Shown piece by piece: positions 30,165 through 43,339 of a DNA stretch of 64,000 nt. Numbering within the stretch: position 1 is the stretch's first letter; each line of letters begins with the position of its first letter. The DNA lies in NCBI RefSeq assembly GCF_009914755.1, contig NC_060942.1; one strand, given 5' to 3'. The notes below the pieces were generated by a model. It saw nothing but the letters and a program-made list of their open reading frames with translations, did no database searches and had not been told where the DNA came from. The stretch is from the human T2T-CHM13v2.0 reference genome, Homo sapiens. Made by a program: the position numbers and the translations under genes.

Positions 30165-30234
30165 TTAGGTTGGTGCAAAAGTAATTGCGGTTTTGCCATT
30201 ACTTTTTGATTTAATTACTTTTGCACCAACCTAA
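30165..30234. mobile_element. MADE1 (Hsmar1-derived MITE)
   Basis: Perfect 22-bp inverted repeats ttaggttggtgcaaaagtaatt / aattacttttgcaccaacctaa with TA flank. Confidence 0.95.
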
Positions 30235-32214
30235 TACCAAGGAGTGTAATTGCTGAATCATAGGATAAAAATATGTTTAGTTTTGTAAGAAACTGCCAAA
30301 CTGTCTTCCAAGTTAATTGTATCATTTTGCATTTCCACCAGCAACAAATAAGTGTCCTGTTGCTCCATATCCTCTCCAGCATTTGATGTCAGTGTTTTAG
30401 AATTTGGTCATTCTAATAGGTGTATACTTCTGATTTTAATGAGCAGTTCCCTAATGATGTTGAACATCTTTTCATATGGTTACTTTCTAACTTTGTATCT
30501 TCTTTGGTGAGGTGTCTGTTCCGATCTTTGGCCCATTTTTTAATTGGGTTGTTTTCTTATTGTTGAGTGTTAAAAGTTCTTTGTATATTATGGCTAATAA
30601 TCCTTTATCACATGTGTCTTTTGAAAATAATTTCTCTTATTTCTGTCTTCGCTTGTCATTCTCTTCAAGGTTTGTTTTTTTAAAAACTGAAAAAAAATTA
30701 AACTTAATATATTTAAAGCCATATCCTCAGCTATACAATATTGTAACATTAATTTGTTGCTGTTAACACAATCATTGTCAAGTTTCCCATTTTGCATATC
30801 AAATTAATGGGAAGATTTTTAAATTTTCAGGTATATCCCAAGTATTATTTTTATTTTTAAAATATCCACATTTCACAAACTTTACTATGTACAGTATAAG
30901 AACTTCTTAGTCTCATTCCAATTTAAATCAGTCTCATTCCAACATTCACATTTAAATCTAAAGCTTCTGATTTACTTTATTTTGGTTCTTTTCACCTGCA
31001 GTTGAGAGATCTGACCTCTCTCTTTTAGTAATGGTTGTTTGCTACTTGAAGATGCCTTATGATCTGAACATTTCAAATGTCCTGTAATAAATACTGGTTG
31101 TATTGGAAAGCAATGTGATCAGGATCCCAGTGTCTGTCTTTCTTGATAACTAATCAATTCACTCTGTCTCAACAATTCCATTCATTCTAAAGAGATTCCT
31201 TGGTATTAAAGTCGCTTTTCACTTAATCATTTTGGTACTTCACTTAGTTATTTTAAATGGAAGGGCCTTGCTATTTTCATTTCCTTCTCATTTATTTATG
31301 TAGTCATGTTCCTTTTCAATCTTTTCTCAGAGGTCATCTCAACTGCTCATCTGTCCATTTTAATGTACTGTGGTTGGACTCTGAAGGACATGATGTTCCT
31401 TCTACCAACAATTTTCATCTATTCAACCAATGTCAATGTTGAACCTGCAATGCCTAATTTAGAATCCTTTCAGACAATGCGCAAATGCCATCATGAACAG
31501 AATTTCTAAAACTCCTTCATCATCCTAAAGCTGGGAGACACAGGTATGAGGAGCTTTATGATACAGTTTAAGACAATGAATAACTTATGTTGCCAGTACA
31601 AGTCTTCCCCTTATTTGATACAGCTCTAAAAATTCTAATCATTAACATTTTTCTCCAGCTTTTGGAAATAGGATTTTATAAAATTATAATTTAAAAAAAT
31701 ACCCTTGGGAAGAAAAATGCACCCATTAATTATATATACTACATAATATGTAAATCTAATGAATTAGCAAGGAAGAGACCCCTGAAACAATGGTACAAAC
31801 ATTCAGCATTGGAAGTTGGGGTACACATATGTGGGAAATGATCTCACCAACTTTATGATGTTGCCTGTAGGGTCAAGGGAAACACCTGACATCAAAGATA
31901 ACTCAGGCTGAACAGATCTTAATGTCACGTTGGGAGAGAGGGATGGGAAGAGTGGAGGTATTAGTCATTACAATAATGAACAACATTGTGATGGGAGATT
32001 TTTATGTATATATATACTTTAGGTTCTGGGATACATATGCAGAACGTGCAAGTTTGCTACACAGGCATACAGGTACCATGGTGCTTTGCTGCACCCATCA
32101 ACCCGTCATCTACATTAGGTATTTCTCCTAATGCTATCCCTCCCCTTGCCCCCCATCCCGCAACAAGCCCTGGTGTGTGATGTTCCCCTCCCTGTGCCCA
32201 TATGTTCTCATTGT

Positions 32215-35200
32215 TCAACTCTCACTTATGAGTGAGAACATGTGGTCTTTGGTTTTCTGTTCCTGTGTTAGTTTCCTGAGAATGATGGTTTCCAGCTTCA
32301 TCCATATTCCTGTAAAGGACATGAACTCGTTCTTTTTTTGGCTACATATTATTCCATGGTGTATTTGTGTCACATTTTCTTTATCCAGTCTAACATTTAT
32401 GGGCATTTGGGTTGGTTCCAAGTCTTTGCTTTTGTGAATAGTGCTGCAATAAACATACATGTGCATGTGTCTTTATAGTAGAATGACTTATAATCCTTTG
32501 GGTATATACCCAGTAATACGATTGCTAGGTCAAATGGTATTTCTGGTTCTAGCTCCTTGAGGAATCACCACACTGTCTTCCACAATGGTTGAACTAATTT
32601 ACACTCCCACCAATAGTGTAAAAGCATTCCTATTTCTCCACATCCTCTCCAGCATCGGTTGTTTCCTGACTTTTCAATGATCGCCGTTCTAACTGGCATG
32701 AGATGGTATCTCATTGTGGTTTTGATTTGCATTTCTCTAATGACCAGTGATGATGAGCTTCTTTTCATATGTTTTTTGGCCGCATAAATGTCTTCTTTTG
32801 AAAAATGTCTGTTCATATCACTTGCCCACTTTTTGATGGGGTTGCTTTTTTCTTGTAAATTTGTTTAAGTTCCTTGTAGATTCTGGATATTAGCCCTTTG
32901 TCAGATGGATAGATTGCAAAAATTTTCTCCCATTCTGTAGGTTGCCTGTTCACTCTGCTGATAGTTTCTTTTACTGTGCAGAAGCTCTTTAATTAGATCC
33001 CATTTGTGAATTTTGGCTTTTGTTGCCATTGCTTTTGGTGTTTTAGTCATGAAGTCTTTGCCCATGCCTATGTCCTAAATGGTTTTGCCTGATTTTCTTC
33101 TTGGGTTTTTATGATTTTAGGTCTTACATTTAAGTCTTTAATCCATCTTGAGTTAATTTTTGTATGAGGTGTAAGGAAAGGGTCCAGTTTCAGCTTTCTG
33201 CATATGGCTAGCCAGTTTTCCCAACACCATTTATTAAATAGGGAATGTTTTCCCCATTGCTTGTTTGTGTCAGGTTTGTCAAAGATCAGATGGTTGTAGA
33301 TGTGTGGCGTTATTTCTGAGGGCTCTGTTCTGTTCCATTGGTCTATATATCTGTGTTGGTACCAGTACCATGCTGTCTTGGTTACTGTAGCCTTGTAGTA
33401 TAGTTTAAGTTAGGTACTGTGATACCTCCAGCTTTGTTCTTTTGGCTTAGGATTGTCTTGGCTATACAGGCTCTTTTTTGTTTCCATATGAAACTGAAAG
33501 TAGTTTTTTCTAATTCTGTGAAGAAAATCAATGGTAGCTTGATGGGAATGGCATTGAATCTGTAAATTACTTTGGGCAGTATGGCCATTTTCACAATATT
33601 GATTCTTCCTATCCATGAGCATGGAATGTTTTTCCATTTGTTTGTGTCACCTCTTCTTTCCTTGAGCAGTGGTTTGTAGTTCTCCTTGAAGAGGTCTTTC
33701 ACATCCCTTGTAAGTTGTATTCTTAGGTATTTTATTCTCTTTGTAGCAATTGTGAATGGGAGTTTGCTCATGATTTGGCTCTCTGTTTGTCTATTACTGG
33801 TGTATAGGAATGCTTGTGAATTTTGCACATTGGTTTTGTATCCTGACACTTTGCTGAATTTGCTTATCAGCTTAATGAAGTTTTGGGCTGAGATGATGGG
33901 GTTTCCTAAATATACAATCATGTCATCTGCAAACAAAGATAATTTGACTTCCTGTCTTCCTATTTGAATACCCTTCATTTCTTTCTCTTGCCTGATTGCC
34001 CTGGCCAGGACTTCCAATACTGTGTTGAATAGGAGTGGTGAGAGAGGGCATCCTTGTCTTGTGCTGGTTTTCAAAGGGAATGCTTCTGGCTTTTGCCCAT
34101 TCAGTATGATTTTGGCTGTGGATTTGTCATAAATAGCTCTTATTATTTTGAGATATGTTCCATCAATACCTAGTTTATTGAGTGTTTTTAGCATGAAGGG
34201 GTGTTGAATTTTATTGAAGGCCTTTTCTGCATCTATTGAGATAATCATGTGGTTTTTGTCATTGGTTCTGTTTATGTGATGGACTACGTTTATTGATTTG
34301 TGTATGTTGAACCAGCCTTGCATCCCAGGATGAAGCCGACTTGATTGTGGTGGATAATCTTTTTGATATGCTGCTGGATTCAGTTTGCCAGTACGTTATT
34401 GAAGATTTTTGCATCAATGTTCATCAGGAATATTGGCCTGAAATTTTCTTTTTTTGTTGTGTCCCTGCCAGGTTTTGGTATCAGGATGATGCTGGCCTCA
34501 TGAAATGAGTTAGGGTGGAGTCCCTCTTTTTCTTTTGTTTGGAATTGTTTCAGAAGGAATGGTACCAGCTCCTCTTTTTACCTCTGGTAGAATTTGGCTA
34601 TGAATCCGTCTAGTCCTGGGTTTCTGTTGGTGGTGGTGGTGGTAGACTATTAATTACTGCCTCAAATTCAGAATTTGTTATTGGTCTGTTCAGGGATTCA
34701 ACTTCTTGGTTTAGTCTCGGGAGGGTGTATGTGTCCAAGAATTTATCCATTTCTCCTAGATTTTCTAGTTTATTTGTGTAGAGGTGTTTATAGTATTCTC
34801 TGATTGTAGTTTGCATTTCTGTGGGATCAGTGGTGATCTCCCCTTTATCATTTTTATTGTGTCTATTTGATTCTTCTCTCTTTTCCTCTTTATTAGTCTG
34901 GTAGCCATCTATCTATTTTGTTAATCTTTTCAAAAAACCACCTCCTGGATTCGTTGATTTTTTGAAGGGTTTTTCATGTCTCTATCTCCTTCAGTTCTGT
35001 TCTGATCTTAGTTATTTCTTGTCTTCTGCTAACTTTTGAATTTGTTTGCTCTTGCTTCTCTAGTTCTTTTAATTGTGATGTTAAGGTGTCAATTTTAGCT
35101 CTTTCCTGCTTTCTCCTGTGGGCATTTAGTGCTATAAATTTCCCTCTAAACACTGTATAGCTGTGTCCCAGAGATTCTGGTACATTCTGTCTTTCTTCTC

Positions 35201-36034
35201 ATTGGTTTCAAAGAACATCTTTATTTCTGTCTTAATTTTGTTATTTACCCAGTAGTCATTCAGGAGCAGGTTGTTCAGTTTCCATGTAGTTGTGCAGTTT
35301 TGAGTGAGTTTCTTAATCCTGAGTTCTAATTTGATTGCACTGTGGTCTGAGAGACTGTTTGTTATGATTTCCATTCTTTTGCATTTGTTGAGGAGTGTTT
35401 TGCTTCCAATTATGTGGTCAATTTTAGAATAAGTGCTATGTGGTGCTGAGAAGAATGTATATTCTGTTGATTTGGGGTGGAGAGTTCTGCAGATGTCTGT
35501 TAGATCTGCCTGGTCCAGAGCTGAGTTCAAGTTCTGAATATCCTTGTTAATCTTCTGTCTCATTGATCTAATATTGATAGTAGGGTGTTAAAGTCTCCCA
35601 CTATTATTGTGTGGGAATATAGGTCTCTTTGTAAGTCTCTAAGAACTTTCTTTATGAATCTGGATGCTCCTGTATTGGGTGCATATATATTTAGGATACT
35701 TAGCTCTTCTTGTTGCATTGATCCCTTTAACATTATGTAATGCCCTTCTTTGTCTTTATTGATCTTTGTTGGTTTAAAGTCTGTTTTATCAGAGACGAGG
35801 ATTGCAACTTCTGCTTTTTTTTTTCTTCTTTCTGTTTGCTTGATAAGTCTTCCTCCATCCCTTTATTTTGAGCTTATGTGTATCTTTGCACATGAGATGG
35901 GTCTCCTGAATATAGCACACTGATGGATCTTGACTCTTTATCCGATTTGCCAGTCTGTGCCTTTTCATTGGAGCATTTAGCCCATTTACATTTAAGGTTA
36001 ATATTGTTATGTGTGAATTTGATCCTGTCATCAT
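32215..36034 (-). pseudogene. L1 ORF2, fragmented
   Basis: MTGSNSHITILTLNVNG, QGCPLSP and FADD motifs; many stops and frameshifts. Confidence 0.93.
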
Positions 36035-36094
36035 GATGCTAGCTGGTTATTTTGCCTATTAGTTGATGCAGTTTCTTCATAGTGTGGATGGTCT

Positions 36095-37117
36095 TTACAA
36101 TTTGGTTTATTTTTGCAGTAGCTGGTACTGGTTTTTCCCTTGCATATTTAGTGCTTCCTTCAGGAGCTCTTGTAAGGCAGGCCTGATGGTGACAAAATCC
36201 CTTAGTATTTGCTTGTCTGTAAGGGATTTTATTTCTCCTTCACTTATGAAGCTTAGTTTGGCTAGATATGAAATTCTGGGTTGAAAATTCTTTTCTTTAA
36301 GAATGTCGAATATTGGCCCCCACTCTCTTCTGGCTTGTAGCGTTTCTGCTGAGAGATCCACTGTTAGTCTGATGGGCTTCCCTTTGTGGGTAACGCGACC
36401 TTTCTCTCTGGCTGCCCTTAACATTTTTTCCTTCATTTCAACCTTGGTGGATCTGACAATTATGTGTCTTGGGGTTGCTGTTCTTGAGGAGTATCTTTGT
36501 GGTGTTTTCTGTGTTTCCTGAATTTAAATGTTGGCCTGTCTTGCTAGGTTGAGGAAGTTCTCCTGAATAATATCCTGAAGTGTGTTTTCTAACTTAGTTC
36601 CATTCTCCCCATCACTTTCAGGTACACCAATCAAACGTAGATTTTGTCTTTTCACCTAGTACCATATTTCTTGGAGGCTTTGTTTGTTCCTTTTCATTCT
36701 TTTTTCTCTAATCTTGTCTTCATGCTTTATTTCATTAAGTTGATCTTCAGTCTCTGATATCCTTTATTCTGCTTGATCGATTCAGCTATTGATATTTGTA
36801 TATGCTTCACAAAGTTCTGGTGCTGTGTTTTTCACCTCCATCAGGTCATTTATGTTCTTCTCTAAACTGGTTATTCTAGTTAGCAATTCCTCTAACCTTT
36901 TTTCAAGGTTCTTAGCTTCCTTGCATTGGGTTAGAACATGTTCCTTTACCTCAGAGGAGTTTGTTATTACCCACCTTCTGAAGCCTACTTCTGCCAATTC
37001 GTCAAACTCATTCTCCATCCAGTTTTGTTCCCTTGCTGGCGAGGAATTGTGATCCTTTGGAGAAGAGGCGTTCTGCTTTTTGGAATTTTCAGCCTTTTTG
37101 CACTGGTTTTTCTTCAT
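36095..37117 (-). pseudogene. L1 ORF1, fragmented
   Basis: MKKNQCKKAENSK... and ...ARREWGPIF...; interrupted by stops. Confidence 0.9.
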
Positions 37118-37824
37118 CTTCATGGATTTATCTATTTTTGGTCTTTGTTGTTGGTGACCTTCAGATGGAGTTTTGGGTGGTCATTTTTTTGTTGTTGTTG
37201 ATGTTGATGCTATTGCTTTCTGATTGTTTTCCTTCTAATAGTCAGGCCCCTCTGCTGCAGGTCTGCTGGAGTTTGCTGGAGGTCCACTCCAGACCCTGTT
37301 TTCCTGGGTATCACCAGTGAAGGCTGCAGAACAGCAGAGATTGCTGCCTGCTCCTTCCTCTGGAAGCTTCGTCCCAGAAGGGCACCTGCCAGATGCCAGC
37401 CAGAGCTATTCTGTATGAGGTATCTATCGAACCCTGCTGGGAGGTGTCTCCCCATCAGGAGGCATGGGTGTCAGGGACCCACTTGAGGAGGCAATCTGTC
37501 CCTTAGCAGAGCTCGAGTGCTGTGCTGGGAGATCCACTGCTCTCTGCAGAGCTGGCAGGCAGAAATGTTTAAGTTTGCTGAAGCTGCGCCCACAGCTGCC
37601 CCCTCCCCCAGGTGCTCTGTTCCAGGGAGATGGGAGTTTTATCTATAAGCCCCTGGCTGGGGCTACTGCCTTTCTTTCAGAGATGCCCTGCCCAGAGAGG
37701 ATGAATCTAGAGAGGCAGTCTGGCTACAGTGGCTTTGAGGTGTTGTGGTGGGCCCCACCCAGTCTGAACTCCCAGTGGCTTTGTTTACACTGTGAGAGGA
37801 AAACCACCTACTCAAGCCTCAGTA

Positions 37825-38064
37825 ATGGTGGAAGCCCCTCCCTCCACCAAACTTGAGAGTCACAGATCGACTTCAGACTGCTGTGCTGACAGCGAGAATT
37901 TCAAGCCAGTGGATCTTAGTTTGCTGGGTTTCTTTGGGGTGGGATCCGCTGAGCAAGACCACTTGGCTCTCTGGCTTCAGCCCCCTTCCCAGGGGAGTGA
38001 ACGGCTCTGTCTCACTGGCTTTCCAGGCACCACTGGGGTACAAAAAGAAAACTCCTGCAGCTAG
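37825..38064 (+). CDS. L1 ORF0-like antisense ORF (79 aa) in the L1PA7 5'UTR; expression unknown
   Basis: gtaATGg; MVEAPPSTKL...SDCCA aligns with the ORF0 N-terminus MAGAPPPASL...SDCCA. Confidence 0.35.
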   Translation: MVEAPPSTKLESHRSTSDCCADSENFKPVDLSLLGFFGVGSAEQDHLALWLQPPSQGSERLCLTGFPGTTGVQKENSCS

Positions 38065-38679
38065 CTTGGTGTCTTCCCAAATGGCCGCCTCATTTTGTGC
38101 TTGAAACCCAGGGCCCTTGTGGCACAGGCACTCAAGAGCATCTCCTTGCAAAGACCATGGGAAAAGGGTAGTAACTTGGCAAGATAGCACCCTCCCTCAT
38201 GGCAAGTTCCTCATGGCTTCCCTTGGCTAGGGGAGGGAGTTCCCTAACCTCTTGCGCTTCCCGGGTGAGGCAATGCCCCACCCTGCTTCGGCTGGCCCTC
38301 TGTGGGCTATACCCACTGTCTAACCAGTCCCATTGAGATGAACTGGGTACCTCAGTTGGAAATGCAGAAATCACCCACCTGTTGCGTTGGTCTCACTGGG
38401 AGCTGCAGACTGGAGCTGTTCCTATTCAGCCATCTTGCCACAATGGGAGATTTTAAATAACTTGTTCTCAAGTAATTCAGATAGGTGATTTTAATCATGA
38501 TGTAATCTCAAGTACTTCTGTTGAACCACAGAGTATGTGAGAAAACCCAAATGTGTTTAAATGCAGAAATCATCTTTTATCCATCTTTGTATTCCTGGAA
38601 ACTAACACAGTGCTTGGCACACTATTAATACTTTCTAAATAAATGGCTGGTGATTAAGGGCAAAGGCACAAAGCAATGC

Positions 38680-38918
38680 TGGCTAATGCTTACTGAGTTC
38701 TTATTTTATGCAAGAAATTGTTCTATATTCTCCCTTTCATGCCTAAACAACCCTATAACATAGGCACTATTTTTATCTCCTTTTTTAAGGATTAGGAAAC
38801 TCGGGTTCACAGAAGTTAAATAACCTGCCCGAGGTTAAGTAGGTTGAAGGTGAAAATTCAAGTCCAGATAGTCTGGCTTCAGGGCCTGAGCTCCTAATTG
38901 TGATGCTCCACTGCCTCT
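38680..38918 (-). mobile_element. MIR
   Basis: taggcactatttttatctcc...ggaaactcgggttcacagaagttaaataacctgcccgaggt. Confidence 0.75.
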
Positions 38919-40139
38919 TAGGTAAAATAATCACCAAGTAATTTTAAAACACAGGAGCAACATTTTGTATTACTTAAAAACATTCTGTCACGTCATATAG
39001 CACACCTATATTAACAGACCTGCCCAAATCATGAACACTCACTTTGAACAGAAATTACTTCTTTTCTGTATTCTTCCTCTCCTTTCCTTTTAAAACATGA
39101 CCGACTAAACTAACTTTCTAACTTATGTTCAGATCTCATCATTTTCATTCTTCAGTGATTTGTTCTATCTCAAATATGCCATTGCTCCTTTTACAAGATT
39201 GCTTACGGATGTGTAATTTTGAGCAAGTTACTTAACCTCTCTGAGCGTCAGTTGACCAAGCTGAAAAGATAAGTCTATTTTACTTCAAGGACTAGGAAAC
39301 AATACCTATAAAACAAAGCACAGTGGAGTTCCTGATGCATTGCATGTGTGAAACAAGCAGTTGAAAATATCATCCAAGTACTCTCATCCACTTTGGTTTC
39401 AAAGCCAGCATTGACTGCCCCATCAGAAGAAAATCTGTGTTCTGTATTCCTTAGCATGTCATAATACTGGTACAATGGACCTCTTGGGTCTCACTGCCTA
39501 CCTTTGCTTCCCATCAGCTGATCTTTGCTAATATAGGGATATTTTGTCTTTCCTAAGCCATGCTCTTTGTTCCTTTACTTTTGCACATGCTGATTCTTCT
39601 GCCTAGACACTCCTCCCATCCACACCCCTCCCTAAATCCCCTTCATCTGCATGCACTCATGTACTCTTACATAACTTGCAATATGCTAGTCATCTTTCAA
39701 TATCCAGCACAGCTGCTGCTGTTACCATTTCACTAAAGTCACTGATGAACTTCTCATGGATCATAGTTATGTGTCCTATCTTTGAATGCACATAGACTTT
39801 TGGGTTATTTGTAGGGTATCAGCACCTAATGTAGACAACAGAAAGAAAATCAACCTTCATTATCAATCACAGCACCATATCTTAGCTTCTCATGTTATTT
39901 CTCTTTTTCTTCTGAATTTTTCATCAGAGACAAATGCCAAGTCTCCTCCTCTTTGAAGTTCCTATACCAAGTTCAGAAGTAGTCTTCCTTTCTGGTTTTG
40001 AATGAACTAGGGAGGGTCATATTTTGAGATAAATTTGAGTTCCTTCAGTGTAGTTAAGATCCTAACACTTTATCCAGCCATTAGAAGTAAAAGAAGAGCT
40101 CCGTTCTGGGGAAGGAAACCTCACAGAGGGGGTCCGTGG

Positions 40140-40325
40140 CACTCTGTGCCAAGCACCAAAGCAGACGTTCCATGAACATTATCTTATTTAATCTTCATAA
40201 TAACCCCACAAATTAGCTATTATTATCCCTGTTATTCCGAGAAAAAAAACTAGGGTTCCAATAGCTTAGCTAACTTGCCAATGTTGTATTTCTGGTAAGT
40301 GGCAGAATGAGAATGTTAGATCTTT
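40140..40325 (-). mobile_element. MIR
   Basis: ttatttaatcttcataataaccc...tattattatccc...taacttgcc...gtaagtggcaga. Confidence 0.7.
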
Positions 40326-41006
40326 CCACTGCAGCAAACTGCCACTCTAAAAGAGCTTTCCAATTTAATCCTATAAGAAGAATATGTTTGTTAGATAGTG
40401 TTAAAATTTTCCATTTAAAACATTTCCCGAGGAGTAAGCTATTTATAACTGCACAGATCTTTACTCATTGGCAAATAAGTTTATGTTTAGGTTGATGCTA
40501 AAATTAGCATTATTTCTGTTCAACAAGAGTTTAAAAGATGTAGCACCTTGTGGTTCTGCAAACTATTTATACAAAATCTTCTTCGTTGATGTGCACATAA
40601 GCCTGGAAATGATGGTATCTAAAGCTGTAGACTGATAGAATTTTAGTGCTAAATGTTATCTGGGATTACCACTGGAGGTGGAGTCTCTTTAAGGCAAGAG
40701 TTTCTGTCTCTCTTTCTTTTTTCTCCTTAAGAATATTTATGAAATAAATATCTATGACTAATTATAAACGAATTTCTTTAGAATGCAAAAAAATTTCCTA
40801 GACATAGTGATACTATTAGCACTTCTTAAAGAAGTACATAAACACATTCTGAAATTTTTATAACACTATTCAAGGGCCATGCATAAGAATAATAATGTAT
40901 ATTAATAACTCAAAATTAAATTTAATTGCAAAAATCAGCATCCGTAGAGAAGGGTTCCTTTGTGAAAAATCATAAGATGCATAGGCAGCATTTATACTTA
41001 TAATGA

Positions 41007-41345
41007 TCATTCATTCATTCATTCATTTTTTAAACATATATTGCACATCTTCTATGTTCCCTGGCTCTATGTTAGGCACCTGGGAGCCTGAGATAAATAA
41101 AGTTTAATTATTTCAAGTAATATCCTAATTATATTTGCCATAGATTATATCATAGAGTCATAGAATATCATAGAATTGAAGCATCAGAAAGGATATTTCA
41201 GATCATGCAGCCCAGACCTCCTAATTTTTAGTTTGAGGAAATTGAAGACTAGAGAGCTTAAGTACTACCCAAATAATTAGCAGCAAAGCCACAACTCAGA
41301 CATGTCTGAGTCTCCTACTACCCAGCTCTTCTCTACTATACAATA
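41007..41345 (-). mobile_element. L2 3' end followed by a MIR3-like fragment
   Basis: (TCAT)n tail with ctatgttccctggctctatgttagg; then cagatcatgcagcccag...ttgaggaaattgaagactagaga. Confidence 0.55.
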
Positions 41346-41593
41346 AACTAGCTAACATTTCTATATTCTTGAGTTTATTTTCCCCCAAGAGGAGATTCCT
41401 GGTCTAAGAAGAGAAGACTGAGAAAATAAAGTTGATTTTTCTTTTAAATATAATAAATAGAAGTAGATTTATGATTCATCAAGTATTAATTGAGAATTAA
41501 CCAAATATCAGGAACTTTCCTACGAGCTGGTCATATGTGTGAGAAAAACAGAAATGTCTTTCTGGACCACATCCTGCTTGTCATCTTGTGTGC

Positions 41594-41595
<2 letters not shown>

Positions 41596-41633
<38 letters not shown>
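41596..41633. repeat. Perfect (TG)19 microsatellite
   Basis: Direct reading. Confidence 0.95.
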
Positions 41634-41638
<5 letters not shown>

Positions 41639-43326
41639 CCCTAGCCTAAAGGCACTAAACTGCCCTTTAATGGGAATATTAAAATAGCCCAGGCAATGGC
41701 AGATATAATGTAATGCTAAAAAAGGCAACTAAAGTGATTAGAACATATTTATATTTACTTTTTTTAAAAAACGTAAAACAGTGCAATCCTTAAACACCTT
41801 ATGTATTACACTGAAAAGATACAGGTATATGTCTTTGGTCTACTACTGTTATATGAATAACTTGTTTTATGACTGTTTCCTGTTAAACATTTCAGAAGTG
41901 GAAAATAATTTTTTAAAATCTCAGTACATATCTACACTGCTATATCTCTTTGAGTAAGATAAATATACAGTATTTTAGAAAAAAAAATGAGAAATCTGTT
42001 CACATTCCCATGTTATGTTCCTGATTAGTTATCTTTTGTTTGCTAATTGCCCCTTTACTTCCCTAGAAGAGCTTTGCAGAATACTATTTACCTTTTCATA
42101 AGTATGATTTTTAAAACTATGTTATCACAAGAATGGATGGAGCAATGTTTTTCCATCAAAAACTAGAATTCTGATGGGTTTACAAAAGTTAGTAATAATG
42201 TGCTTTAATGTTAGTGCATTCTTAGTAATGACAATTTACTGTTTGAGCTTGTATTTTAGCCATCAACTGATTTTTGTCACTTTCAAAAAGCAAATGTTAA
42301 GTCTGTACAGAGTTTATTTTAGTGAAATCTTAAACTGTAAATTTGATAGTTTCAAATTAGCAAAGCAGATAAATAATGTAGCTCTCAATTTTGTCTATTT
42401 CTAACCATTCTCTAACAGTAGGCTAGAAATTTTACTGCACTTTTGTCTGTGTATAATATGCCTTCACACTCAGATAAAAACTTGCAGTATTTTTACTTCC
42501 AATCCTAGTTGGATAAGTAAGGTGGCTGTCTTTTTTTTTATGAACGGGTTTTTATTATATCATGTCTCCCTAATGTATGTAAACAGCTCTAGTGTCACAT
42601 GATTTCCCTTCTGAAGTTGAATTTCTTCCCAGGGTAGTAGCATCCACAAAGCATATATTTGGCAGCAAAACAGCACTAGTACATTATAGATAAGGTTACA
42701 TTCTTCCCATTCAGCCACAGCAAATGAGCCTCTCATCCCCTCAGTTAAACAGGTTCTGGTTTTATACTGAAGCAGATTTAGCCTCCCTCAGTTCCTATTC
42801 CTCGTGTGTGGTCAAGGGTGCTACCATGAGTAGGACGGAGCATGCCACCACCTGAATCCCTGGCATATTCCCACGGCACTTTGAATTCTCCTTTGGCAAA
42901 GAACATTTGCAGACATTAAGTACAATGGTAAAATTACTGTACTATAACAACCTTCCCATTCTCTCCTGGATTCTCCCTCCGTACAGTGCTAGAAGTGAAA
43001 GGACCTATGTAGCAGGACTTGTAAATGCCCCCTAAATTCAGTTATTAATAGGAATTCTTCCATCTGATAATTACACCTTTGAGATTTCCCATATCGTCTA
43101 ACCCTGGGGCTGTTGTGTGTAAAGTTGTAACTGCAAGCATGAAGGTTTTTCACTAAAATATTATTAATCCACCTCCTGAATCCACCTTCTCCCGATTTTG
43201 TCTTACCTAATAACAAAGGTAATAATCTAGCTCAGCTCATGATTGCCTTCTCATTAAAATATTCAGATCCTTTTCATACTCATACCTGGGGCTCGTGTGT
43301 AACATACACAGCCTTAATAAGCTGTG

Positions 43327-43339
43327 GTTGCCTGGTAAC
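43327..43339. promoter_or_regulatory. RFX X-box motif
   Basis: GTTGCCTGGTAAC fits GTNRCC-N0-3-RGYAAC exactly. Confidence 0.45.

Larger units (their letters stand above)
29470..30665 (-). mobile_element. L1MC1-like 3' fragment containing a (CA)n and MADE1
   Basis: aaattgagtagaaagtacag...caccagaatggtatatttgt...gtttacattagggt...tcatacagaatagtttcactgcccta. Confidence 0.8.
32003..38442 (-). mobile_element. Full-length L1PA7-like LINE-1, inactive
   Basis: 5' GCAAGATGGCTGAATAGGAACAGCTCC; ~1.3-kb 5'UTR; 3'UTR catctacattaggtatttctcc; 12-bp TSD atgggagatttt at 31991-32002 and 38443-38454. Confidence 0.95.

Noticed and set aside
34627-34643. (GGT)n expansion in L1PA7 ORF2, read as PPPPP on the - strand
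   Set aside because: Small microsatellite arising in a dead element
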